Assembly: GCA_003427395.1 (NCBI GenBank)
Contig: BFEA01000027.1
Coordinates: 1,172,170-1,236,147 of the forward strand
Direction: 5' to 3'
Length of the DNA: 63,978 nucleotides
Origin: Chara braunii
Lineage: Eukaryota; Plantae; Charophyceae
Position 1 is the stretch's first letter. The number at the start of each line of letters is the position of its first letter. Shown one piece after another: positions 13,361-25,542 of this stretch. Both the position numbers and the translations under genes were made by a program. The notes below the pieces were generated by a model, which was not told the origin of the DNA, searched no databases, and saw only the letters and a list, made by a program, of their open reading frames with translations.

Positions 13361-14452
13361 TCAGGTTGTTAGAAGGTCAGGGAACTGCATCAACACTGTC
13401 CCGGTGACTTTTGCCTTGGAATCTGGAAAGAACTCAAATCCAGGCCTGGCAGAGACACGTCCGCTCTTGTCGACCTGAAGCGGATAAGGCATCAGGTGTG
13501 CCACCATATCCACAGGCTCAGGTTGCACATACAGCTGCCAGTTTCGCTCTGCCATCTCCCGCACCTTGCGTACACACTTGGAAGTCCATGGGGCTGAGAA
13601 CTCCTTATCCACTGAGCCCAAGTGTTCGGCCCAAAGGCTCATTCGGAAACCGTGAACTGCACCTTTCGGAGCCTTCAACTTGGGGTCTTCAGTATCCTTC
13701 TTGGGCTTCTTCGTTTCGTCTGCGTCTACGAGCACGTGATGAGGTTGCATGGCTCCAAAAGCAATCTCGCTGTCGCGCCCTCCATCCATGGAACGCTGAT
13801 TGATATTTGCCGATCCAACTATGATGTAGTCATCGTCGACAATCATCATCTTGGAATGAACGTAGATCATCATCCGGCGATTCTTCTGCGCCTCCTTGTA
13901 CATGACCTCGGCATCGGAGATGGGCGTCGACGGGATATGCTCAACATCAGCACTCTTCACAGACTCTCGGGCACCGATGCAAAAGAAGTTGAGGTAATCC
14001 GTGGGGTGCTGATCGTAGCGCTCTGTTGTTCTCAGAGCATCTGCCACTATCTTATACATCATCGTCATGGTGTTGTACTGCCACCGCAGCATTTCTTGAA
14101 GGGGTGAGGAGGGGGTGAGATGTGGATCTCCCTCAGGATACATAGGCACAAGGATATAAGCTCCAAATGGCTCACCATCTCTAATTTTGCTAGCTATCTT
14201 CAGTGCTATTTCCACAGCTACGGTGTGGTATGCTCCCGCCCCCTGCGACTCTGCCCACATATGAGAACTTCCCATGAAATACTGGTTCTCAATGTAGATG
14301 AAGCGCTCTGCATTTCGAATAGCTTCGATGTATGCATTTTGAATGCTGCGGTCAATGATGTCATCCTTCCAGCTCACCAAACCCATCCTCACCGCCTCCC
14401 TTGGACTTTCGGGGAACCCATACACCGACTCAGTATCGATAGACCGGAACAG
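13361..14452 (-). CDS. PLD: Phospholipase D (C2-PLD, alpha-like), coding exon 3
   Basis: LFRSID, IYIENQYFMGSS, second HKD motif HSKMMIVDD, GSANINQRSMDGGRDSEIA, HLMPYP. CAG acceptor at 14453-14455, stop at 13361. Confidence 0.95.
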   Translation of the reverse strand: MFRSIDTESVYGFPESPREAVRMGLVSWKDDIIDRSIQNAYIEAIRNAERFIYIENQYFMGSSHMWAESQGAGAYHTVAVEIALKIASKIRDGEPFGAYILVPMYPEGDPHLTPSSPLQEMLRWQYNTMTMMYKIVADALRTTERYDQHPTDYLNFFCIGARESVKSADVEHIPSTPISDAEVMYKEAQKNRRMMIYVHSKMMIVDDDYIIVGSANINQRSMDGGRDSEIAFGAMQPHHVLVDADETKKPKKDTEDPKLKAPKGAVHGFRMSLWAEHLGSVDKEFSAPWTSKCVRKVREMAERNWQLYVQPEPVDMVAHLMPYPLQVDKSGRVSARPGFEFFPDSKAKVTGTVLMQFPDLLTT

Positions 14453-15684
14453 CTGCACACACACCACAAGTAGGTACAAACTCACACAGTAAGTTAAGCT
14501 TAATTGCTGTACCTTGCAATTCCCTGAAGTCAAAAGCTACCATGTCCGAGTTGGTATACTGTAAAGACAGTGTAAAGTCGAAATGGTGCAAAGCAATTCA
14601 CGCAACGTAGCACAGAGTTACACAAACAACTGGTCAAAACTCAAAAGAAACAGTGAAAGTGAGCCCAGGATAAGCTCAGGATAAGCCCAGCAGTGAGTGT
14701 CTAAATTGCCCCCCACCGCCCCCTGTGCTCCCCTTTCACCCCCTTCCACAGATACACACATACACACACATACCGGCATACACAGGTGTGTAGTCGATGA
14801 GAGCTGCAGCACACACATACACCACATACACGTAGAGAAGGGGATGCCCAAGAAGAACACTGAGTTGAGGGTCTTACCTCCTCTTGCAGACGAAATGACA
14901 TACGGAACATCCACTGAACGAAGGTAAAGCCATGGATAAGATAAGCAACCCATAATTACTTGTGGTCATTTGCTCGATATGCAGTGAGGTAGTCCAGCCG
15001 GGGACCGCCTTTGGCCACTGCAAACCTGTCCAGGATCTGGAAATGTTTCATCAATGTCCCAGACAGGGTGAATTTTGCATGCGGAACCTTCTCAACAGTG
15101 CAAGAAGAAGGCCCAGTCAGGCAATCCTTGCCTGCAAAATTCAACAAGTTTCAATCCTGCCAGTTCCTTCGTCTGATTAGCGGGTAGATGCAAGCAGCAG
15201 GAGGGCAAGGGCATCCCTGTTGGTTGTGCCTGCTGGGTACGTAGGATATTCCCAAACGTGACCACAGTGAGGGCAAAGGCGGCCCAATAAGAATGTGCCA
15301 ACTCAGAGGCAGTGAGTGACCATTGTCTCCTCATGCTCTCTCTTAGATGAGATCCTTAAATCGCAACACACGGAAGCTGGTTTAGGTGCACCCATCCAAA
15401 AAGCCACCCATGAACCACGTTCAGCTTTCAGGATGGATTGGTAAAGCGCCTTCTCAGAGGGTTTGTAATCTGGCGAGTCATTCTGAAAAAAAACTTCATG
15501 AGAAGAGCAAGGACATACTGTTGTTTCATACAGAGGATAGATGGTGTAGAGGGAAGTACTGCGCCTGTTTCACGAACGCTAATGATGACAGTGAACGTTG
15601 TGAGGGAAGGAGAAGTCTGAAATTCTGGGTCAAGCATTAGAGAAATGCAGCCGCTATCAAGAAAGAAAAACAAGAAGAAGCAGT

Positions 15685-15777
15685 GCTGCTGATGATGATG
15701 CTGATGATGATGCTGCTGTTGATGCCGATGATGATGCTGATGCTGATGCTGATGATGATGATGATGATGATGACGAC

Positions 15778-15821
<44 letters not shown>

Positions 15822-16853
15822 GAAAGAGAGAACTAGAGGAACTGCCGAGCAAAAGAATAAAAAGCAGGAGTGGTGACAATGATAATGATGGTAAAGATAC
15901 TGAAGAGAATAACAAGGAGACAGACAGGTGGTGTGCAAGTGGGTAGGGGTGGAGGCGGGCAAACTAATGGAGTGAGCATGGGGCACAATGGTAAGGATAC
16001 TGAAGAGAATAATAAGGAGACAGACAGATGGTGTGCAAGTGGGTAGGGGTGGAGGCGGGCAAACTAATGGACTGAGAGAGGGGCACATGGACGGACCGAC
16101 CAACTGATTGACAGATGGACGAGCCGTTGGATGACGAGCACACAAACAACCAATAGACAGACCACCTGACCAATGGAGAAACCAACCAATAGACGTATCA
16201 AACAATCAGCAGGCCACCCAACTGATCTAACTATGGATGGCTGACAGATCGACCAATAGATCAAAAGATGGATGCGTCTATGGATGATGGGACAATTGAT
16301 TGAAGGACCAAGCGATTATACAACTGAGCAGAAGACAGAGAGACAGACAGATAGCACTACTACGGATGAACAGGTGGATGGGAGGGCGGGTGGGCAGGCA
16401 AAACGGGCATACAATGGACATATGGACAGATAGAAAGACAAACAAACATACCTACCTACATACCTACCTACGTGCGTACATACATACATACATACATACA
16501 TACATACATACATACATACATACGCACGTACGTACGTACGTACGCACGCACATACATACATAAAGACATACATACATACATACATACATAGGCAGAGAGA
16601 CAGGCAGAGACGGACGGACGGACGGATGCAACGGACCCCGGCCGGACAGACGGACACAGCGGATGGACGGACGGATGCAACGGGCCCCAGACGGACAGAC
16701 AGACACGGCGGATGGACGGACCGACGCACAGACGTGACGGATGGACGGACAGACAGGCAGAGACGGACGGACGGAGGCGACGTAGGGACAGACAGACGGA
16801 CGGATGGACGGATGGATGGACGGACGGACGGACAGACAGACCGATAGAGAGAA

Positions 16854-16886
<33 letters not shown>

Positions 16887-17028
16887 TGCAACCACACAGC
16901 CAGACAGGCAAACAACTGGACAACCAGCCAGCCAGCCAGCTAGGCACACACAGAGAGAGAGAGAGAGGGAGGGAGAGAGAGAGAGCAGGAGACAAACAGA
17001 CAGACAGACAGACAGTCAGACGCATGCG

Positions 17029-17060
<32 letters not shown>
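15685..17060. repeat. Compound microsatellite field in PLD intron 2 ((GAT)n, (TACA)n, (GGAC/AGAC)n, (GA)n, (CA)n) plus an ~85-bp duplication at 15887/15988
   Basis: Direct observation. Confidence 0.9.
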
Positions 17061-17061
<1 letters not shown>

Positions 17062-17254
17062 AGGAGGCAGCGAGAGAATGGCAGTCAAATCATGCTTGTC
17101 AGATGGGAACAATGCTTGTCAGATGGGAACAATCTTCATCCACATCGAGCAGCAAACAAGCTAAGTCATTTGTTGTTTGTATCATTCAGTTTCCAATGAT
17201 GGTTGCAGGTCGGGGCCAAACAAACAAACCAAAAAAAAACAGTGGCATACATAC

Positions 17255-18598
17255 CTGCACCTGCCAGGTGTCAGGATCGTCATCTGAGGTCACAGGTCGG
17301 GCCCCAGGTATGACACTCCCTGGTGTGCCAATGGGAAGGAGATCAGTGTTGTAAAGGGAAGCTTGTTTCCTCCACCTTTGCTGGAAGTTCTCTAGGACAT
17401 CCCATGCAATCGGACCTTCAAGTTTTGCATGTATGTCGTGCCAAGGTTGTCTTGGCCCTCCCTTGTCGAGGGAAGCCGACCCTGCAACGCTTGGTTGGTA
17501 GAAATCATCCTTGTGCCACGTTCGCAAGGTGGAAAAGATATAATGACTCGGAGTGTCAAATCGACCATCTGTCACATCCAAACCTCCAACAAAGGCAACC
17601 AATCTCCTGTCCCCTTCTCTGCTCCCTTCATCATCACGTCCCCATTTCCATTTCTTCCCTTTCGTCGGGTGCTCCACTGGGGCAGCATCAACAACTATTG
17701 CCTTTTGGTGGTGTGAAAACATCATAGACTTTGAAGCGGATTTCACCAAGTCTGTTGAACGGGGCGCAAGCACACACCGCACTTTCGTGTTCTTGAAGTA
17801 TTCCATCGTCTCCTCGTCATGAGTGCTCATTACTCCTTTAGTAACAATCGAGGAGGATGTTCGGTCATCCCAGACAAGCAACAGAACACGAACCCCTTCA
17901 GCTGCCTTCCGTTTCAACAATTCCCCTAGCCGAACATGCCCTGAACCTTCGTGGATCCCTCGCTTCTCGTCCCTGATCAATCGGATCTCTGTGTAAACTG
18001 ACCAGCCAGTGATATATATGAGATGCTTGGCATCCAAAATGGCCTTATAAAGATCTTCCCAAGCCCGTTCTTGACGATAAACCCGAGAGCCGGAGAGAGG
18101 GATCGCGGGCAATCGCCCTTCTTCCACATGAGCATCCTGATAAAGAGTCACACGGCAGCCTTTGCGCTGCTTAAAGAAGGCCTCTTGCACTTCAGTCTCC
18201 GGTCCACGAAATCGGGCCATCCATTCCTTCCTCGTGCTTCTTTTCAGAGCTGGTTTGAACGCTACACTGAATTTGATATGGGCGCCAGGAAGCGTTTGGC
18301 CTGATGCATCTGTCATGTCATGCCAGCCATCGAAATGATGCCCAGACAGCAGCTCATCAGCTGGCAAGTCGACCTGAGCAAGAACCACATTGTCTACTAC
18401 CAACTTGTTACGAATCTCAATCCTTAGACGACTTCCTGAGTGGGCAAGGTAGATATGGAACTCCTCGTCCCATCGAGGTTCGGATGTGTTCTTGCGAGAT
18501 TTGGTCTGGCCCAAAACAACCTGCCCAATGCAGATAGAAGCATAGAGCTCCACTTCTTTCCCTACCCCTCCTATGTAGCTGTTCAGGGTTGTCTTCAC
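17255..18598 (-). CDS. PLD: Phospholipase D, coding exon 2 (rest of C2 domain plus first HKD)
   Basis: VTLYQDAH, IYITGWSV, LLVWDD, HHQKAIVVD, QPWHDIH. AG acceptor at 18599-18600 and GTATGT donor at 17254; 1344 nt, phase 0, joins WQVQ to LFRSID. Confidence 0.95.
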
Positions 18599-18650
18599 CT
18601 GCATGTCATACAAGCACCAAGCGCAGCAACAACAAGCAGATGGACGCAGC

Positions 18651-18927
18651 AAAAGAATCAAACTAAATGTAACTGTCAGCAAAATAATCAAACTAAATGA
18701 AACTGTCAGCAAAAGAATCGAACTGTCCTTTCGGACATCCGTTAAAATTGGAACGATACAGAGAAGGAAATGGCCCCTGCGCAAGGATGACACGCATAAA
18801 TCGAGAAATGGTCACTATAAAAAAGAAAAAAGAAAAAAGAAAAAAATCAAACTAAATGAAACTGTCAGCAAAAGAATCGAACTAAATGAAACAGTCAGCA
18901 AAAGAATCAAACTAAATGAAACTGTCT
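18651..18927. repeat. 30-bp tandem repeat (AAAAGAATCAAACTAAATGAAACTGTCAGC), ~5.5 units, interrupted by a U6 copy
   Basis: Units start at 18651, 18681, 18711 (partial), 18840, 18870 and 18900. Confidence 0.9.
18725..18813 (+). pseudogene. U6: U6 snRNA retropseudogene
   Basis: GTCC..GGACATCCG.TAAAATTGGAACGATACAGAGAAG..ATGGCCCCTGCGCAAGGATGACACGCATAAATCGAGAAATGGTC. The AGC triad is lost, an A-rich tail replaces oligo-T, and there is a ~14-bp TSD. Confidence 0.9.
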
Positions 18928-19257
18928 GCGGCGCTTTTATGGGTGCAGAAGCAAAAGCTAGTCCAGAAGACCAGCAGTTTGGGGATGCATCAAGGACAAC
19001 AACAATAGTTCAGGCAAGGATCCACCTGTTGGTTAAGTGTGATCCACCTCTAGTACCCCTTGCAGCCCATTTGTTCCGACACGTTTGTATATAACCCCGA
19101 TTTTTGGGGGTTGGAGAGTGCAACCCCGATTTTCGGGGTTGGAGAGTGGGTTGGCCTGGCGAGGAGGGAGGGGCATTTTTTCGTCAGTCCCATATGGTAC
19201 CACCAGCCTCCTTACGACGACGTTTCTTTGTCCTCAGCCTGGTGCACCCCGCGAACC

Positions 19258-19357
19258 GGGGCTAGGTCCCACTTGCACGAATTAAAAGATAGAGACCGTA
19301 GATGGCCGAGATCGACGGCCAAAATCTCCTAATCCGTGCAAGTGGGACCTTGTCCCC
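19258..19357. mobile_element. ~100-bp MITE, copy 1
   Basis: TIRs GGGGCTAGGTCCCACTTGCACG / CGTGCAAGTGGGACCTTGTCCCC. Confidence 0.8.
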
Positions 19358-19479
19358 GGTTGTCCGGACCGTAGAAGCATGCCCCTGGGTGTGAGGATGG
19401 GGTCTGAAGACTCTGAACAGACCTAAGAAGAAATGGTGCTGCCAAAAAGACAAAAAAAAAAGGAAGAGAGCAAAACAGT

Positions 19480-19583
19480 GGTGTCTAGCTCAGTTGGTAA
19501 GGCACGCAAGCGGCATTCAGTTCAGGAGGTCTTGGGTTCAATCCCCATTCCTCATAGGTCTTGGGTTCAATCCCCATTCCTCA
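19480..19583 (+). mobile_element. tRNA-derived SINE-like head with duplicated B box
   Basis: A box TAGCTCAGTTGGTAAGG and B box GGGTTCAATCCC, with a tandem duplication of the B-box segment. No convincing acceptor or anticodon stem. Confidence 0.6.
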
Positions 19584-19802
19584 TGTACCTTCCTGGGCAA
19601 GCTTGGCGCCCGCCACCTAGAGATAATATGGCGTTGGTCCCCCCCAGTGGCATTGAGCAGAGGCTTCTGATGTTCATATGGGGAGGGGACCGGAGGGGAG
19701 GAGGCACAGTGACTGGCCCATGGAAGAAGCTCGGTCCTGATGCTACCGGCTGACCCCTGGCCGGTATCGCCCCCACCTGCTGTAGCAGGTATCGCACCTG
19801 CT

Positions 19803-19901
19803 GGGGCTAGGTCCCACTTGCACGAATTATGCCATATCGACCGTCGATAGCGAAGATCAACAGCCGTAATCTCCTAATCCGTGCAAGTGGGACCTTGCCC
19901 C
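19803..19901. mobile_element. ~100-bp MITE, copy 2
   Basis: Same TIRs as 19258-19357, with a diverged core. Confidence 0.8.
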
Positions 19902-20240
19902 AGGTGGGTGCAGCTCCGGCGTGTTCCCTCGTTGGAGGCTTGATCACGGATGTGGCTGCTACGGGGTTCCCCGTAATACTAAATGACAATAAAAAAGAAA
20001 GGCCGTCCTGTCCAGATTCAACAGGCAATTGAATTGGTTGGGCCAACAGACAAATAAGAAAACTAACCGAGTACCAGAAATACGCGAGAAAAGGCCCGAG
20101 GCCTGGAAAACGTGTTGTGGCGCCTGAAAAATGCACTGGTCGCCAACCGATCCAGGGTTCAAGCTGCTCCGAGCGCACACACAGATGAACAAAAAAAGAA
20201 AAACATCATGAAGAAGAAGAAGAAGACATCTGGATGCGCT

Positions 20241-20328
<88 letters not shown>

Positions 20329-20551
20329 CCCTTGTTGTTCCCATCCCTGAAGCTGCCGGCCCGCTCGCTTGTTCCCCTCCCCTACGAGTCCCCTTCCTAT
20401 TTGTTTAGTGCCTCCAGTCGAATCGCGTCGGAGGCTCAACGCCTCAATGCACGGCCGATTCGCTATAGGGAGGGCGGGACAGCCGGTAGTTGAGCTTGTA
20501 CATGTTTAGTGGAGTCGTTTAGTTCAGTTTCGCATTTTTTTACTTTTTTTG

Positions 20552-20652
20552 TTGGACCATTTCTCGATTTATACGTGTCGTCCTTGCGCGCAGGGGCCAT
20601 GCTAATCTTCCTTCCCTGTATCGTTCCAATTTTAATGGATGTCCCGAAGGAC
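20552..20652 (-). pseudogene. U6: U6 snRNA retropseudogene
   Basis: Reverse complement matches plant-type U6. ACAGAGA box mutated to ACAGGGA, small insertions, A-rich tail. Confidence 0.9.
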
Positions 20653-20949
20653 AGTTTCACGCATATTTAGTCGGAACTTGTGAAGAATTTTTTTGTTTTT
20701 CTTGGTGATTTTCAAAGCCCGAGCCCCTAGGAAGCCACTGCGTATCAAATAACATTATCAGCACACCTAGCATCCGGTCGGGTTGTTCACAAAAAAAAAA
20801 AAAAGAAAAAAAAAAAAACATTAATTTTATTTTAGTCACACGAACTGAAGCCAACGACTTTTCAGGTTCTCATTACTAGTAATAATTCCCCCAAGTTGGT
20901 AGGTGTGTTTGGGAAAGGGCTGGCAAGAGTGGCATTATGATTCACATAC

Positions 20950-21078
20950 CCCATCAAGAAGGGACCCAGAGCTCATATTTCTGGCCTTCATTCCCCTCGC
21001 TTCTTCAATTTCAACAACCAAGTCGCCGTGCAAGATGTAGTCTCCATGAGAGGAGGAAGAAGAAGACGAAGAAGCCAT
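20950..21078 (-). CDS. PLD: Phospholipase D, coding exon 1
   Basis: MASSS...YILHGDLVVEIEEA is a typical C2-PLD N-terminus. GTATGT donor at 20949; 129 nt, in phase with exon 2. Confidence 0.9.
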
Positions 21079-21475
21079 GGATCCAAGAATCTGCAAAACA
21101 CACGTGGCACCAATCAATGGCTCAAAAAAGATGTTCGGAGAGGCTCAATTTTAAGAGAAACTATAAAGAGTCAAACCGAAACAATAAAATAATAATAACT
21201 TTAATAAGAGTGATAATAACAAAAATAATACAGCAATAAAGCCTGCCCGCATAGGATAGTAACTGTACTCAATCCTATTTGCTCCTTTCCGCTCTGGGCT
21301 CAACGACAGTGGCGCTTTTTTCAACCACATCGCCGTTTTCCTACGTCCCGACACAGCCTGCCTCGTTTTCTTTTTCCCTTTGCTACGCATGATGCCGCTC
21401 ACCATCAGCAACAACTTCCATGCACTTCCCACCACACACACGGTAAAACCCATGAGACTTTTGAACTACGGCACA

Positions 21476-21508
<33 letters not shown>

Positions 21509-21684
21509 CGACGGCAAACACACACACACAGAGGCAAGAATAACAAAAGCGAAAAGGGAAGGCTTGTTTGTGGACTTGTGCATAACAAACAGGACAAAAT
21601 ACACACGTGCGTGACAGGCAAGAATAACAAAAGAGAAAAGGGAATGCTTGTTTGTGGACTTGTGCATAGCGAACATGACAAAAT

Positions 21685-21741
<57 letters not shown>

Positions 21742-23170
21742 GAATAACAAAAGGGAAAAAGGGAAGAGAAAGCGAGCTTACGGCACCCCATTGTCGCACT
21801 GTCCGAAGGCCACCGTGGAGGGCGTCGTATCCGTCGTGCAAGATGTCGCCAATGTCAGCAATCAAGTCGGTAGGAGGGCGGGATCCGTCTTCCGCACCGT
21901 CTCTGTCCGTGCTGTGGGCACAACCAATCGGTCGACCTTCCCGATCGAGACGGGTCCCATCCGCGCCCACGTCCACACACGTCTTGTCCGTTGCTTTCGA
22001 CCGGTCTGTCGTACAGGAGCTTGACAAAGCAGCGCCCCCTGTACATGCACCCACCGTGGCTGCATCATGGCTGGGCTCCGCCACGTCATCCGACTTCTTC
22101 GCCGACGCGCGTGACGTGGACACCAGCTCATCCTCCGCTGCCACGTGTACGATCGCACTCCATCCAGTTGAACATTGGGTCAGATACACGAACGACAAAA
22201 AAATCAGCACCCGCCAAATTACCCACCCGCATTTTCTCCTCACCACATTCTCGACAGCAGCCCAGGAACCTGACGACGGGACGCGCCGACGGATCCCGAC
22301 GTCGACGTGGCCGACTCCCATCCCCCCGACGGCCGTTACGTCCCCCAAATTAAGCAGAATGGGGGGTACATATGTACCCAGCTCTCCCTTTCCCGCTCTT
22401 TCGCCTCCGCTCTGGTGCGCTCCACGTGCGCCCATCGCGCCTGGACATAATGGCGGGATGCTCTCGGACTGCCAAAATCGACCCGTAGCTTGGTCGCTTC
22501 CCATGGACAAATTTTCAATTTTGTAAGTTAAAGGATACATAACATAACAACTTCCCAATCTCGAGTGCGTCGACAAATCATTTCATCGAATCTGGACTGC
22601 CCTAAACTCTCTGGTGCATCAAAAATAAATAAATAAATAAATAAAAATTAAAAAAAAATCAAATTAAATCTGGAGCCATTCACCGTATGAGCATCCGACC
22701 TGGATTTTATTTCTTTTCATAGCGACGTCTTTAGAAGGAGTGGGGAGTGCCGTCGGAAAAACAGAGAGACTCCTGAAATTGAAATTTTGGCGGGAGACTC
22801 GTGGCATAGGGGATCCTGTACTTCTCAGATCAAGACTGCAGGCATTCGATTGGTATATAGAAATAGTATATATTACAGGATACGATGTTATGCATATGTA
22901 TTCATGTATTTAATAATAACTGGTATACCTCATCATATTACTACCAGTAGTACTTGCGGCGCTCGTAATAGCGCGCTCACCCCTCGAGCCCTCAAGCACT
23001 TAGAGTGGTGATGTCTTGCGTAATTTGTCCAACCGTTGGCGGCGGCGCAGCATTGAAATGTCTGAAATGGGGTAGTGAAGGGTGTTTAATTTGCAGTCGC
23101 TCGACGGAGGTGGTGCGCGCGTAATCACTCGTCAGCAATACAAAAAAAAGATACCCGTAATAACTACACA

Positions 23171-23333
23171 CATAAATAATAATCAGTTATTCGACGGCGT
23201 GATGGGCGCGCATAAATAAATAATCAGTTATTCTACGGTGTGATGGACGCGCATAAATAAATAATCAGTTATTCTACGGTGTGGTGGGCGCGAACAAATA
23301 AATAATCAGTTATTCTACGGTGTGATGGGCGCG
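23171..23333. repeat. ~41-bp minisatellite, 4 copies
   Basis: CATAAATAAATAATCAGTTATTCTACGGTGTGATGGGCGCG repeated. Confidence 0.9.
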
Positions 23334-23593
23334 TGCCGCGGTTATAAACAGGAAGACAAGAGAGGGAGCAACAGGATCAAAGAAGCTCGAGCCGGCAGTA
23401 AACAAGAACTACCGTAGGTAGAATTTCAAGTGAAGAGACAACCAGAATATGGAATATATGGAATATTCCAAAAGAAGAGATGGTAAAAAGCGCGGCGAGG
23501 ATCTTGGGAAAAAGGAAGAAGAGGGTTGGCGGGAAGAAGATCATGCTACCATTACTATTTCGGGGAATTTCCAGACGACTGAGGGCAGGAAAT

Positions 23594-23891
23594 CGCCACA
23601 CCAGTCGGAAAATGTGCAAAATGAGAATTAACTTCCCGCTAGAATATGCCCAGATGCACCCGCCACATTTTCGTCATTTTCGCAATTCGAGAGTGGTGTG
23701 ACGAGGCTCTGATTCAAGCAAGGAGTACACCAGCGGGCGGCCGGGCGGGCAGACGGCGAGTGACTGATCCACTTCTGCAGCTTGAAACCCGCCCCGCTCC
23801 CCAGCTCGCGCACGCCTGCACAATGCCTTATCGACTCGTAAACACGTTTCCGCACCCTTGCTTTCCCAGTCTGTCGTCAGTTGCCGGCTAC

Positions 23892-23950
<59 letters not shown>

Positions 23951-23964
23951 GGTTGCCGGCTGCT

Positions 23965-24024
<60 letters not shown>

Positions 24025-24052
24025 ACNNNNNNNNNNNNNNNNNNNNNCCCCC

Positions 24053-24125
<73 letters not shown>

Positions 24126-24732
24126 CACACACACACAGAGGCAGGCAAAAAAGCAAAAGACCCCCGGTGACCGGAATTCCGCGATCGAGTGGAGAGAGAC
24201 GTGAGAGAAAGAGAGAAGGGAGTGAGAGAAAAAAAGGAAAAAGTCGTCTTTGAGCTCGCCTCAGTTTGGCAAGCTCGGACTTCCAGAGCAGTGAGTCTTG
24301 CTGCGCCTCCCCTCTGTCGCTCTGGCGTTCTACCGTCTATGCGCTTCTTCACTGTTTAGGATAGGGGATTCCAGACCCACTTACGATCCCCATCTTGGCA
24401 TCCTAAAACACCATAAATATATAATTAAAAAAAAACGAAAACACAAACTCCTACTGTGAGGGGATGGGGATGTGACTACGAGTACACACAGAGGAGATCA
24501 TCCTACTGGTAGTGTGATGAGCATGGAGAGCTCTCCAAACTCCTTCCCTGTGTAGCGTGTTCCCCCGAGTGGAATTTGAAAGTACCTTCGCAAGAGGGGT
24601 ACTTGGGCCAACAGAGGGCCTCGACACACCTCTGTCGAAATGTGAAAAAGACAAAAATGGGACGGGCGCATCTGGCCATGTTCTAGCGGGAAGTTCATTC
24701 TCATTTTGCACATTTGGAGAGTGGTGAGGCGA
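23594..24732. repeat. Inverted pair of ~120-bp repeats (23594-23711 and 24612-24732)
   Basis: AAATGTGCAAAATGAGAAT.AACTTCCCGCTAGAA.ATG.CCAGATGC.CCCG and its reverse complement; a related end motif occurs near 11900. Confidence 0.8.
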
Positions 24733-25445
24733 TGCCCAGAGTCTTGATGCATGGAAATGCCCACACAGATTCGCAAAGATTCGTCGAGGGCTCGGCCGAG
24801 ACGAGGCCCAGCCATCATCGAGTCGTTGGCGGGAAGCCGCGAGGGCGCGCTGTTTCGCCCCCTCACTCAATGCACCTCCCCCGGGCCTCCAGCTTCGGGT
24901 GAGGTTCTGAGCTGAATTTGCCCGCCATATCAGTTCACATTCACGCCCCCAGTGTAGGCAAGCAGAGGGATCTCAACGCCGCTATCGGGGCGGTTTTTCT
25001 TTTTCTTTTTTTTCTTTTTTTTGGGCGTTTTTTTTTTCGCCGCTGTGGCAGGCGGGAAGGCGCGAAAAGGCACGAGATGCCACGCGGATACGCCAGGGAG
25101 AACGCAGCACACGCGGATCAGCCGGAGCGGATGCCGAGCAGCCCATGTATTCGCATGCATGGGTTGCGCTCCACTGCAGAGCCACACCCCTCTTGAAAAC
25201 GTTTTTTTTTTTTTTTTTTTTTTTTTTTTGGTCCCTAAAAAGTTTAGTACGGAGGGGAGCGCCGAGGCTGGGCGACTGCGCTATTTTGCGCTAATTCTGT
25301 CGCTCCGAACCGGCGCTAGAGCGGGCGGGCGGTTGCCCCCTCTCGCTCGTTCCCTGCCTTGCCGTCATCCCCGCCATCGCTGACGGGCCACGGAGGAACT
25401 TCAATACCCGCATATCGCAAGTACCGACAAGGGTCGGCGGACATA

Positions 25446-25542
25446 GGGTCGGATCCCACTACCCTGGATTATTCATTTTTCACCATCGATCACGAAGATC
25501 AACGGCCAGAAATGAACAATAGGAGCTAGTGGGATCTGGTCC
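25446..25542. mobile_element. ~97-bp MITE related to 19258/19803
   Basis: TIRs GGGTCGGATCCCACTA / TAGTGGGATCTGGTCC; shared core CCRTCGAT..CGAAGATCAAC.GCC. Confidence 0.65.

Noticed and set aside
18651-18927. 30-bp repeats with an intervening unique segment as a CRISPR-like array
   Set aside because: The units are contiguous without spacers, the insert is a U6 retrocopy, the context is a eukaryotic intron, and there are no cas genes.
19480-19555. Functional tRNA gene (also 26675-26757 and 39630-39700)
   Set aside because: A and B boxes are present, but acceptor and anticodon stems do not pair convincingly.
18725-20652. Functional U6 genes
   Set aside because: Catalytic motifs are damaged and A-rich tails replace the oligo-T terminator.
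21383-22576. Long ORFs on both strands (397 and 292 aa)
   Set aside because: They are inflated by microsatellites and GC-rich sequence and have no recognisable domain; probably a decayed repeat.
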